Of a DNA stretch of 64,000 bases, positions 27,766 through 40,600 are shown one piece after another. Source of the stretch: Camelus dromedarius (lineage: Eukaryota). The position numbers were made by a program, and so were the translations under genes. Every line of letters begins with the position of its first letter. Positions within the stretch are counted from its first letter, which is position 1. The stretch spans positions 33,358,001-33,422,000 of the forward strand of contig NC_087447.1 in assembly GCF_036321535.1 (NCBI RefSeq), in the 5' to 3' direction. The notes beneath the pieces are model-generated. The model worked only from the letters and a program-made list of their open reading frames with translations. It was not told the origin of the DNA and made no database searches.

Positions 27766-28193
27766 CTATGGTTCTATACATCTTATTTCAAGAAATACAT
27801 GGGAGGGGGCAGGCAGGAGATAGAGGCATTTTCTAACATTATACCAGACACTTGGGAGTAGAGATGGCACTACCCATAACTAACAGCACAGACTAATTGT
27901 CCCAACACCCAGTCAAAACCTTCTCTGAAGGACATGTGACAACCTCCCTGGCTCATGGTAGCTGCCAGCTCCCTTGCCTTATTAGCCTTCCCAAAGGCTA
28001 CCTGTCCAAAGTTGACCACTAGATAACCACACAATGACAGTGGCCACGGACTCCCCCCATCCTGAACTCCAGCCCACCAGAGAGTCCTTCGCCTCAGGGA
28101 CCCACTCAGGCCAGCAGGCTCCATTCCGGAACCCCACCTAAAGCCCACATATCCTTCCCCACAAGTAACAGGGAGCACAAGATTGACACTTAC

Positions 28194-28267
28194 TCGGCAT
28201 TCCCGACAGCTCCTGGTTAAAATCCGCTGGCCTTCTGCAAGGACTTTCCCTCCATAGATACATTTTG
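28194..28267 (-). CDS. NELL1: NELL1 coding exon (exon 10 equivalent), first half of VWC2
   Basis: 74 nt; (P)KCIYGGKVLAEGQRILTRSCRECR. Acceptor tgttttattacag, donor gtaagt; phase 1 to 0. Confidence 0.97.
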
Positions 28268-29039
28268 CTGTAATAAAACAGAAAAACTGGTCAGACAGCC
28301 ATGCTATGCAACATAATGACCTCAGAGGTGCCATCCAACTCCAACAGATTTCACAAAACATAGATTCTCTGACTAAACAATACAGATCTCTTTGTATGTC
28401 TAGAGTAAGCTATGAGAACAGTTTGGGGATAACTGTTCAACCCGCCATCAGACCATCACCTTGGTTATGTTTGCCACAGGCCCATCACACCAGGGATGTA
28501 CAACTATCTCAACGTTGCAGTTGCTCAAGGAACTAGAGAATGAATTGATGTGGTCAGACGTTAAAACAAGGAAGAAGTGGTTGTCATCACCACCACAGCA
28601 GTAGCTTTGATTCAGACCCTTCAGCCATAAAATGAGTATCTGGGTGAGAGGGGACTCCATTCATCAGGACCTCAGCCACAACGCAGAAGGATGACATATT
28701 TGTTCTCTTGTGATCATAGCAAGTGCAAGTCTTTAGCTTATCTGTTCCCGGGAAGCCAAGAGACAACTGAGAAAAACAAGCCAGTGAAGATGCTTTATTA
28801 ATGCAGTATAGAGATTGCCTTTGGAAAGGTTAGCTTAAAAGGCTAACAGGGAGGCACAGAGTAGAGACAGGCCCTGTAGAAAAGTTAACAGAAGCATAAA
28901 CGAAGCTCCCACCACTCACCTTGATTCCACTGGAACTCAATCCTTGATTCAACTTGCTGACCCACTTTTTTAGCAAGTACAGAGTATGTTCATTTGTTAC
29001 CCACACCTGCCACCCATACCCCACCACCTGGAGGCCTTC

Positions 29040-29852
29040 TAACTTCGCCCTCTTACTCAACCCTGTGTCCAGTCAAATCCCAGCAATGCTCTCTCAAGTT
29101 TCTCAAGGCAACCCACTTTTCTCCATCCCCACCAACTTCCTCAGACGCTCTCTTCACTCAGGCCATCAACATCCCCCCCTCCGTTTAATAGACCACAGGT
29201 TCCTCACTTGTCTCCCACGTTCTGGTCTCAGTCTTATCCAGTCCTTCCCCAGACAATAGTCAGACACATTTTCCTAAGTGCAGATATGAGGCACTGCTTT
29301 AAAATCACTATGGGTAGCTACTGCCCTCAGAATATAGTCCAAATTCCTTAATTACACACACAAAGCCACCCCTGCGGCTCCACCTTCTCTCTCAAGCTTC
29401 ACAGCTCACCTGTTCCTAAGCGTTCACTCTCCCTCCCAAACGTCCACACCTTCTCTTAGACACCAGCCATGCTCTCTTCTGCTTCCGGGGTTTGCATACC
29501 CTGTTCTCTTCCCCAGGAACACTCGGGCTCATCCACCTTCTCCCGTAAGCCTCCATCCTATTGACCACCCAGCAGTTTCAACTCAGGCCTGACCTCCCAG
29601 GAAGTTGTTCTAGACCTCTAACACTGGTGGACTCTTGGAGCTTCTGTTGTACTCTGGACCTGGCCCTGACAGAGCACACATCACATATCGCGTATCACAC
29701 ATCTCAGTAGCTCACCTCACTGCACACCTCCCCTGCTCACCGTAACCTCCATGAGGTTGGGGACTGTATCTACTCGTAATTTTATCTCCAGCCCCAAGCT
29801 CAGTGCCTCTCTGGGCATATTATTAGTAATAAATAATTTTAAAATTAATGAG
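29040..29852 (+). mobile_element. L2 fragment
   Basis: ccactttt ctccatccccacc...ctgctttaaaatc...gaatatagtccaaattcctta...ccatgaggttggggactgtatct. Confidence 0.6.
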
Positions 29853-32134
29853 CCTCTTTGGTAGCAAGAACCCATCAAATTTCCTGATTCTCAGATGAGT
29901 TCTTTCTTCTCTGCAGTGCAATTTCAAACGTTAGAAGCAGATACCAAGGTTTTTAGAACAAAACCATCAACAAAGTAGAGAATCAATACAGTTTTCTAGA
30001 GAGCCCCCTTCCTCCCTTCATTTTAAATAAAATTACCCCGATCATCTTTCATGACTCAACGTTCTAGATATACCAGTTGACTCTGACTCCTTGGCCCTAA
30101 TGATGATGTGGATTCCCCAGTTTGCTTGCAATGGGGAGACCACACCTCCAAGGTCCCAAAATTCACGTCTGATAAACTCCCACGTTCCCAAACACAGCTG
30201 CTGCCAACTTGGCAAGATGGCTGCCTCCAGAGTGGCAGGCCTGCTAAATACACTGCTGTCAGATCTGCCATCTGCTCCTTGGCCCAGGCTGGGAAGCAAA
30301 GACATCAACTTTCCTTCTGCCTTTTGCACCTTGCTACCCCGACAATGGCATGATCACACTTGCTGCCCTGTCTGAAGACATTCACCTGCCTCCTCCCTCC
30401 CTCCGACAGACACCCATCCCAGCACTCCTGTCCAGAGACAGGAATGTCTCACTGTTTGCATTCACGTCACACAGGGGGACACATCCACCCCTCAAGTCCA
30501 CCGATTTCGTCTGAAAATTAAATGTCCCCTGAACTTCACAACCTCCCATAGCAGGGTGCTTTAGGGGCTGCAAATGACGTCAACATTGTGCCCCATGCCT
30601 CAGTCATTTGCAGCTTTGGCGCCGACGCAGGAGTGTATGACGATGGTATCAAGTATCACCGCTGGGGGCCTCAGGAGTTTCCCCTGCTGTCTCACCCTCA
30701 GCCGACTTCTCTGACGGTGCCCCTCCTTCCCTGCCACTGCCCTCCGTATGTCCAACATCAGTCCTCATTATGCAACCTCTTGATCTACAGCCAGAAGGCT
30801 TATTTTTGACGTCGGAGGAAATTCAAGCATAAGGTGAGTCAGGCTGCGGTGCCTGGGGCTGGGGCATGTGGGACTCCATTCCAGCAAGCTTTCAGCATGA
30901 GTAGAAATGTAAATGGATACCTGAAGCCCTGCGTGCCACACTGGGGACATGCAAACTAGACTGTTTCACAGTGTCCGACCATGAAATTGAAACCCGGCAC
31001 CAACAGACATTTCTCCGCGATGTCAGAAACACATGTAGGGGGGATTTACAGCAACAGTTATGCAGTTGTATCTTTTTGCACCCCCAGACACCTAGCCCTT
31101 CAAATCCAAACCTGAGTACTCTAGCACAACAAATGGACACTTTTGCCATCTGGGGACACACTATATAAACAACTGTCAGGCACAACTTGGCACCCCCGTC
31201 AGATGCGGACATGAGGTTGCTCTGACTTTATTTAGGTATTTGTACCCTGCACACACTCCAGCCGTTCCTTGATACTCAGCGGCTTAGAATATCAAAATTG
31301 ACTCTATTACACTTTAAAGGAGAGGGGCAGATCAGAAAGGCTGAACACTCAAGGATCCATCCCCCTTCAGTGAGCTCATTCACAGACCTGGCTTCAGATA
31401 CCACCCCGCTGAGCAAGACATCCATATCAAACTGGTTCTCCCTCTGGTGTCTCCAACTCTCTGATGCCAAACAGAATGCATCACTCCTCAAACCACTTCT
31501 TGCACTTGCCCTATTTCTGTTAATCGCGCTACGTGTCTCCCACGAGCTCTTGTTCAAAATATGCCAACTACTCCCTTACACACGTTCTATTCCTGATTCA
31601 TCTGTCTCACGCACAAAAAAAAAAAAAAACCAACTGCTTATGGAGTACCTCCCACGCACCAGGTCTTTTGGCCACCACTCACTTCCATCCCTTCCTTTCC
31701 ATCTCCCCAGGCAGTGTCTGCTTGTGAACCTCATCACCTCCACCTGCAGTACACGTGAATCCCATATCCAGTCCCCTGCCTCCAGCTATTCCAATGCAAT
31801 GGCTTTTGTCAAAGCATTTCTTTGATTACACCACAACCCTACTTTAAAATCTTGCTTTTGACTCCCCAAACCAACACTGTGTTTACTTCCATGATTTTGC
31901 AATGTGCAATTCCCTTTGGCAGGTGTGTTCTTACCTACCTTGTTCACACAGCAAACTCCTATTCACTTGTCAACATCCTACTTGGCTGTTCCTTCCCCTG
32001 TGAAGTTTTCCTAACACATTCACACCCAACTTTCTCCCTTCTCTACGCTACTTTTGCATCTTACACAGCATGCATGTTGCACACTATTTTGTTGTAACGA
32101 GACAGTGCATACACCTCCCTGGACAGCAGAGGGT

Positions 32135-32355
32135 AGAGAAGACAGCTTAAGAGCATTAGCTCTGGAGCCAGACCACTTGGGTTTTATTTTGGCTCCACCA
32201 AGGCTGAGAGACCTTGGACGTGTCAGTTCTCCTGTCTGAGCTTCACCTCCTCATTATAAAATGGTGATAATACTGGGGCCTATAGCTCTGGGTTGTTGGA
32301 AGAATTACATGAATAAATACACATAAACGGGCTTAATACAGTGTCTGACATAGAA
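32135..32355 (+). mobile_element. MIR SINE
   Basis: ttaagagcattagctctggagccagacc...gaccttggac...cctcctcattataaaatggtgataata. Confidence 0.7.
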
Positions 32356-33750
32356 TGAATGATCCACATGTACCCACTGTTGTACTCAGAGGTCAGAACA
32401 TTGTTGAGAGAGGAACTTCAGTAAGGATACTGAATGAATTCAGTGGAATATTGTCCACCCCCAACCCATCTTTGCAGCTTATTCCTACTTCTCACTTACA
32501 GAAACTATCCGTTAGCATCAAACAGACCATCTTCCTCTCCCTCTGCCACCTCTTTTCCTTCACAAATGCTGTTCGGCTTCGCTGAAGAGTCCCTCTCCAC
32601 CCCCTTCCTCTCACATCTCTGACAGCTCCCAAATCTATCACCCAAAAGAACACAGATCCCAGGATGCCACTCTCTGGAGACTCTGATTTAATAGGTCAAA
32701 GAAGGGCCCTGGGACTCTCTAGTTCCAGAAGTTTACCAGGTGATTCTAATGTGTAGCTAGGTGTGTTCAATGCCTTGAACAAAGCAAACACCCAAGAAAT
32801 GTTTGAGAAATGAAACTCCTACACTACCTCCTGGACGGCCATGCCCACAGCTAAGGAATCTAGAAGGCTCTCGCATTTTCTCTGATGCCTCCCAGACAGA
32901 GGAACAGCCTGTCTCAGGACCTGCTATCTCCACTATAAAAATGGCCTTGCTCTTGGAGATGGCTTGAGTATTTGGGCCTTTTGATCGAAACAGAAGGACA
33001 AAGTCCTCCTGTCAGGCAATGAATTGAGACATGAACACTCAAGCCAAGTTCCTTCCTACTTCCAAACGGATGCCGCCATCTGTAAGTGCTGCGGTTCCTG
33101 AGGCCGCGGCCAGTGCGCGAATACTTGGTAAGCGAGCAAAGCTTTTATGCCAGATCAATACCTTTTCTCAGAGTCCCTAGAACACTGCCCCATCCAAACC
33201 CAGACAGCGGCTGAGGAAATTTTATTGAATAGGAACAACCAAAGGAAATACTTTTCATCCTTTATCTGATGTGAAGATACCGAAAAACTTCTAGAAATTC
33301 TACCAACTAGTGTTAGAACTCTGCTTTAACAATCCTCATCCTCCCCCTCTCCTCCAACCCACTGCTCAACCTGCCACAGTCAGCACGAAGTATTTAGCTG
33401 GGATCCACTTCCTCCAGGGAGTTCCCCAGGCTTACGGGAATGTCCTTCCCCCATGCTCTCCCAAGTCATTCACCTGCACCCTAACAGCGCCTGCCCCAGC
33501 CACACACCTAATGTGGAGGCACTTAAATCCTGGACACTGTAAATTACATCTCTAACTTGAAACGGAGCCCTCTGAAGCAGAGATGGCTCTTTTATAACGA
33601 TTCTAGGCACCAGCACTCAGTAACTGATTAATGCACATTTCTATTAAAAACTAGTCGGAAATGAAAACTCTCTAGGTCAGAGGTTTTCAGCCTTTCAATC
33701 ACCAGAGATGTCCTGTATCATTTCTTTTTAAGTTTCTACTTTATGTAGCA

Positions 33751-34397
33751 TTTTTTAATTAATTTACTTTTTTATTCAACTACTTGATTTACAATATTGT
33801 GTTAGTTTCAGGCACACAGATTCAGATTCTTTTCCATCACAGGTTACTATATGATATTGAACATAGTTCCATGTGCTATACGGTAAATCCATTCTATCTA
33901 TTTCACATACAGTGGTTGCGTCTGTTAATCCCATTCTCCTGATTTCTCTCTGCCACCCCTTTCCCCTTCGGTAACAGTAAGTTCATTTCCTTTGTCTGTG
34001 AGTCTGTTTCTGTTTGATAAATAAGTTGATTTGTATTAGTTTTTTAGATTCCATATATAAGTGATATAATACAACATTTGTCTTTTTCCACTTGACTTAC
34101 TTCACTTTAGTATGACAGACTCTAGGTCCATCCACGTTGTTGCAAACAGCAATATTCAATTCTTTTAATAACTAAATAATATTCCACTGTATATCTATAT
34201 ATACCACATCTTCTTTATCCATTCACCTGCTGATGGACATTTAGGTTCCTTCCATGTCTTGGCTATTGTGAATACTGTTCTATGAACATTGGGGTACACT
34301 AGGTATCTTTTGGGCAAAGAACATTGTGTATCTCTTTGAATTAGCATTTTCATCTTTTCCAGATATATGCCCAGGACTGGAATTGCTGAATCACATG
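33751..34397 (-). mobile_element. L1 3' end, same orientation as NELL1
   Basis: T-rich head, then gatttacaatattgtgttagtttcagg...gatggacatttaggtt...cccaggactggaattgctgaatcaca (reverse complement of an L1 3' end). Confidence 0.88.
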
Positions 34398-36590
34398 TAA
34401 GTAAGTAGTATTCTCAATCACTTATTTCCATTTTATTAAATTATAAACATCTCCAACAACCAATTGGAGCTGCTGAGAAAATTTGTACTACCTAGCTAAA
34501 TTGCTATGAATTTGATTTCAAACAAAGGCAAAAAACACACTGATGGTTTAGTTAGCTTGTAGAGCAGCATCTTGGTAAAACTGGGTAACTTTATGAAATG
34601 TTTTTGAAAACTTAACTCTCCAGTAAATTGGAATAAAATAAAATGACTGCCCACACACTTCTAATGAGAGGATAATTGGATGATATGTATCAAGGACCTT
34701 GAAAGTGTCAGTCTCTTGGCCCACTAATTCTACTCTGGAGAATTCTATCTTAAAAAAATATAAAATGCAAAAATGTGTTTTCATAAAACACCTTATTGAA
34801 GAGTAATTTATAATAGTGAAAAATGGTAAACAACCTAAATATCCAACAACTGGGGAACAATTTAAAAAGTTACACAACAGCCAAACAGTGGAACACTACT
34901 AAGCTCATTAAATGAGGTTTATACAGAATTTTTAAAAGCATAGTAATACGCTTAAGTGATCATGAAAGTCAACAAAATAGGTTAAAATTAGCTGCACAAT
35001 AAGATCTCAACTGTCCACAAAATTTAATTTTTTTAAAAATGAAATCTACTAAAATTTCAAGAGTGTTTGTTTTCAAGTGGTGGCATTATAGGTGATTTTT
35101 CCATCTTTATCTTTATCTGTGTTTTCAAATGTTACACAATAAGTACACTGTTTTTACAATTAGAAAATCAAAAGATTTAAACACAAAACAGCTGAAGGAC
35201 TCACCTAACACCCTCTTCAAACAACTTCCACAAAACAGCATTCATGGATCTGTCCATGGAGCTCAAAACAATGAATTAAAACTGTCTCATTTTAAAATTC
35301 CTAATAGTTTTTCAACTTCTTCACCTGCTGACTGCTACACAGAATATCAAGATAGAAAAAATAATCTGTACCTACTGAAAACTGTCTTCCCATCATATAA
35401 TCAGACTATAATCTTAACATCTGGGCATCTGATCTATCTGTATTGCCAGGCATGACTTCCAAGAGCTCTTGGAACAAAGTAAGAAAGTTTCTTTTTTTTA
35501 GATCAACTCCAAGTAGGCCCTCCAGCATAACAGGTATACTGGTGCAACCATAAAAAGAAATTTTCCAAAGCTCCTTTTGAACGAGTGTTTTAAAAAGTTT
35601 GGGCTGGTATGACCAGACCAGCCATCCCCACTTCCACTGTCTGATTAGGCTGACATGCTGTTCTTGACCAAAAGCAAGACCACTGTGTTTTGAAGACCTA
35701 GGGATGATGTTTTCTGGCAGAGAAATGATCTTGAAAATTGTCCACAGGATACCACACTTCTAACCTAAACTCTCCTTTTCTATAGAGGAGCATATGGTTT
35801 GATAAAAAAAGACTATGGGCTTTGTGGTCAAACAGAACTCATTTTGTATCTCACCTCTGTTGCTCACTAGCCTTGCAAACATGGTAAGTTGTCTTTCTGA
35901 AGCTTCCCTATAAAACAGGGATCATAATCCCCACCTAAAGGCTTACAGTGAGGATTCAATTAGCTAATAGAATGAAACCACCTGGCATAGTGAAGTGGCA
36001 CATGCCACGCATTCTACGAGACAGCTTTTACTTTTACTGCTTGTCTCAGTGTTCATTTCAGTGTTTCATCTGAAATAGTGTCCTCTGTAATACAGAGGGA
36101 AAAGGATTTTTATATCATTATATAATTTGGACATGCCAACCTTGAAAGAAACTGTTTCAGTATTTTAACTGAAGTGAATCCTGAAATTCCTAACAAAGGT
36201 CCTTTAATAACAGGAAACCTGGCCAAGACTCATACAGCCCAGACACAGAATGTGGCCCTTAACTTGATCTTTCAGAATGACTTTACAGATCAATTCCACC
36301 CGCTACCAGTTCTCTGACCCCCAAACAAGTGACTTCCTCCTTACGAATACCAGTTCCCTCTACAGAAGAATAGGAAGAACAGTAATTACAAACATCAATT
36401 AGTAATTGATGTGAGCAATTGAAAAAAAAAAACAGCCTATATAAAGTGTCTGCACATCTCAGGTGATTAAAATATAGCAGTTCATATCAAGTGCTGGTAC
36501 CTCATATCTTCAATGTTAATCAAATGAGGCCTGAGAAATAAATCAATCCTTAAGCACAGAGGGCCACTCTGACCCTCAGAGAATACTTAC

Positions 36591-36693
36591 GTCGGCAGAC
36601 CTTACAGCACTGGCCAGCAATGTGCACAGGGAGGGAGTCTGGGGAGCAGCTGAGAGGAGGACAAGACATCCTTCGGCATTCCACGGCACCACT
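36591..36693 (-). CDS. NELL1: NELL1 coding exon (exon 9 equivalent), second half of VWC1
   Basis: 103 nt; SGAVECRRMSCPPLSCSPDSLPVHIAGQCCKVCR(P). Acceptor ccttccttccccag, donor gtaagt; phase 0 to 1. Confidence 0.98.
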
Positions 36694-37558
36694 CTGGGGA
36701 AGGAAGGACAAGGAAAGGAATCTCAGCGGAAGCATCCTTTGAAAGTTCCCTTGTGGGAAAAAGCTCTTCCCATCCCTAGAACCTCATTAGGGAAACAGAA
36801 GCAGTGCAAGGAATTCCCAGGCCACTGCAGGACCACAAATAAAGTATTTTCTCCAGCCTGCGTGAACCCGTGCCACCTCAATTACTTTTCTGATACACAT
36901 CACTGACTTCATTCCACCTGCCCACACGGGCTAAGTAGATTAAACAGAACACAAAAAGCCTATTTTTATAAGAACATAAATAACACCTTCTGCAGACGCT
37001 GTCAATCATTGTCGAATCGCTAACAATTGTTCGGTATTTTTTCAGATAAACAATGGCATTCTTCAGATATTTATCAAATAATTTCAACTGGACAGGGTTT
37101 ACATACTAATTTGGGAGGGAGCTCTTGCTATTCTCTGAAACAGATGATGCACACTTTATAAAATACAATGAAAACACCTAGCAACTAATTAAATCCCTTT
37201 TTAAAACGTATTCGAGCAGAGAAAACTTGTGAACAAGTGAACCATTAGGTTGTTTGAAAATCAAAGGAGTCCCTTCCTCGCTCTGATATCCTAAGCTCCC
37301 AACTCCAAACAGTAAGCTTCCCAATAATATTAAATCACGTTGGAGTGCATGGTCAAGGGAAAGCAGATTTTCATTTCCAAGTATTTGTACATGAAATGAC
37401 ACTTTCAGCTTCCCTTCACAATTGCTCGGATCACTAAATAGGCACTTAGTAAAAAGGTAACACTTCTTAGAGTTCGCATTATAAAGAACCAGATTCCACA
37501 ATACTTAGTAAAACTGTCCCCCTTAAAACTGTTCGCCTGCTGATGTCCAGAGGCTTAC

Positions 37559-37693
37559 TTTGCACGTGCAGTTCCTGCACTGATCACCATCCACCCAGGA
37601 GTCTTGGTCTCTATAGAGCAGTCCACTCACTTGACACGTCTTCTCACAGTGACAGTTTTCCAACTGACTAAGTCTTGTCTCTGCATAGTTTAG
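37559..37693 (-). CDS. NELL1: NELL1 coding exon (exon 8 equivalent), end of coiled coil and start of VWC1
   Basis: 135 nt; LNYAETRLSQLENCHCEKTCQVSGLLYRDQDSWVDGDQCRNCTCK (inside ORF 37523-37969). Acceptor ctctcatttgcag, donor gtaagc; phase 0 to 0. Confidence 0.98.
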
Positions 37694-40600
37694 CTGCAAA
37701 TGAGAGTTACTAGATGTAATTTCTGTAATCCAATTGCATTGTCCTAACAAAGCTAATCGCAACAAGTAAAAATAAATCCAAGCAAGAAGAGAAAATATGC
37801 TCAAAGCAGCTGACTTATTCTTAGCCAGATCTGTTTTTGTTTTTTTGCTGCTGCTGTTGTTGTTTTTTAATTTCACACAAGGTGGAATCATTCTAAATTG
37901 AAGACATATTGGCTCCCATGGTCTAATGAGCACCAAATGAGACATTAAACTGTATCTCAGGGACTTCACGGGTGTTCATCAATGTATGTGCTTTCAGCTT
38001 AAGCCCGCAAGGAAACACTTGTAATGAATGTGTTCTCCAGGACTCGTTACAATGTTTACAGGAGATCTAATCAGGAACTCCAAAGCATTTATATTTATCT
38101 CCCACCATCCTCTCTGTGAACTTCACACACAAGCCAAAGCGTCATGGTTCACAAACTGGGAAGTCACTGTCTCCTCTTTAAGGAAAAAAGTCTGGCGATC
38201 TGGGGCTGGTTTACAAGCAAGGAAAGTCACAGGTGCATTGTGTTTCTCCCCAGCTCAGGATCCCCCAAACAGAACGCCCCAGGAATCTACTTTGGTGTTC
38301 GGACGAAGGACAGGAAAGGCAACTGAATCCCCAAGGGAGATCAGGATTTTGTAAAAGAACCTCTTTCCAGGTCACCCAATTTCTACAATTAATCATGGAA
38401 TCTTAGAATCTCTGATCTGAAAGTGTATAAAGTTTGAATGATGTCACAAGTGATTATCCATGCTCTGTCTGCATATCTGACTGTGACAGCACACTCATTA
38501 CCTTCCAAGGAAAACTGCTTTTCTTGGTTACCTCTGGATGTTTAAAACATTTTTCTTGGCTTGAGCCGTGAAATTTCTCTCCCTTTTTCCCACTAGACCT
38601 AGTTTTGCCTTGTAACCCTGCACAAGTCTAACCTCTCTACAAACAAGCGAGGTTTTCCTGCCCTCATGCTGGCTCCGGACCACATTCAGCACCACCAGGT
38701 TCCCATAACAGTTCCTTGTGATATGGTTCCAACCTTCCCCCTTGATCACTTTTCACGTGGAGTACTCCAGTTTGCCTTCAAAAATATGGTACCAAAACCC
38801 CCAAAATGTGGTATGAGCTCTCTGTTGTCACATCTATACTAAGGACTAACTTAACCCCTTAGCGCATCACCCTTCTTCCCTTCTTACATTGAGACCACCA
38901 TAATTAAAAAGCAAATATCACTTCCTAAAAAGTGATGAAGTAGTTTCTCTGCCTTCTCAATCATACTTATACATCCCTATCTTGAGTATTTTTCCCATAC
39001 AGGAGATCATATCAATTTTTGATCCAAACTAAGACTATTTCAAGCCAATATTTTAGCTATCGTGGTTGAACCTGGCTAATGATGGACTCTAAACATCTTT
39101 CTACACTTTCTCTGGTTCTAGTCCATCCCCGCTCCTCTCAACTACTCACAACAGGGCTACTTTCTGGAAGTGGAATCCTTGTGTAATTCCAACCTTGGTT
39201 TTTGTCACTTATTCCATCCTCTTCCTCTAAACTTTTTGTATTTCTCAAGAAAATTTGTTCCTCGTCAGCCTATCATGGGTGTTACCAACAGGCAGGGAAA
39301 ACAGTAGGAGCCTAAACAAATCACATGCACTATAATCAGCTCAAAACAAACAAACAAAAAACAAACAACAAACTGAGACTTGACTATGCCTGCAATGTTA
39401 TCTTCCCCTGACTCCACTACTATACTTGATCTTCCAAAACTTCAGGTTACATTTAACTCTCCAGGCTAATCACAGAGTTTCTAGAAGTGATGGTAATTAA
39501 GTTCTTTGGGAATTCTTTAGGAAACACAGATAAAATATACTTCGAAGAGCTTAGTGACATCAAGTGACCAAAACCATACGTAGGTAAGAGAGAATAAAAA
39601 GGAAGTGATAACTTATATTATCTTTACTTCATTTCTGTAACTTCAGTAGTTCCCACATAAGGTAGTGATAGATGTATGACTTTGGAGCAAACAAGAAAGA
39701 GTTGCACTAGAACTGAATCCTTCCTCAAAGTGGCTCAGAATGGAGTAACAGGAGAGGAAAGTGCCCGTCTTACTCCCAAAGTCTGGAGTAACTCTAGTGT
39801 CTGTAACATCCCAAGAAGGGAACTTCTTAAAGACTAAGACTCAAAAGGCAATTATGTGTCTATCCAAGTTGCCTGAAAATCTAGGCGCTTGCCTCAAGGC
39901 AATATTGTCAATTTCCAGTACTGTCCAACAAAGCTGAGCTCTGCTCACCTACAAAACTCAATTCTAAGGAAAAGCCTCCGTTTTAATACAATGGAAGCTA
40001 TTCTCAGGGCTGATTTTGTTTCCCTTCTGAGTTTGTTTTTTCTTTTTTAATATATTTAGCCTTTCCTGACAATAGTGAAAAGCCGTAACGTCTATAATAA
40101 TAAGAGCACATCAGACAGAAAGAGACAAAGGAATATTAAGGCAAAAAGCTAATTTTTCAAAAGCACTTAGTACATAATCTTGCCTTCCTTTTCCCCCTGC
40201 TAAATCCTGAAGCAACAATAAAGAGAAACAACTTCAAATCCAAAAATGAATTACATTTTCTGTCACTGGCACCAGCATGCTGAATTTATACAAATTCGTT
40301 TTCAAAAGCTGTTTCTACACTACCTGCCATTTTCTCCGAGAATGCCTGCAGATCCAAAATAGATACAGTATCAAATCTCCATCTCTTTTCTGTCTTACCT
40401 TTGTTCGCCCACTTATCTAAGGAACTAGGGACCGAATCGTTTATTCTTCACTCTACACATTCAAAGATAGACAGCAGAGGTCTTTTTCACAGTAAAAGGC
40501 CAATGAATGAATCTAAGTACATTAGCGATGCAGTAGATTGCTTTTTTTCCTTTGAAATATTATTTATTCAGCATTTGCCATATGAAAGGGAAAAAAAGAA

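Noticed and set aside
27870..28361. 163-aa minus-strand ORF as a standalone gene or extended exon
   Set aside because: Only 28194-28267 matches NELL1 and it is bounded by canonical splice sites; the rest is intronic read-through. The same applies to ORFs 37523-37969, 36550-36735 and 21241-21444.
31298..31825. Longest ORF in the track (175 aa, + strand)
   Set aside because: Non-ATG start, overlaps L2-like decayed sequence and an A-run, and has no recognisable domain.
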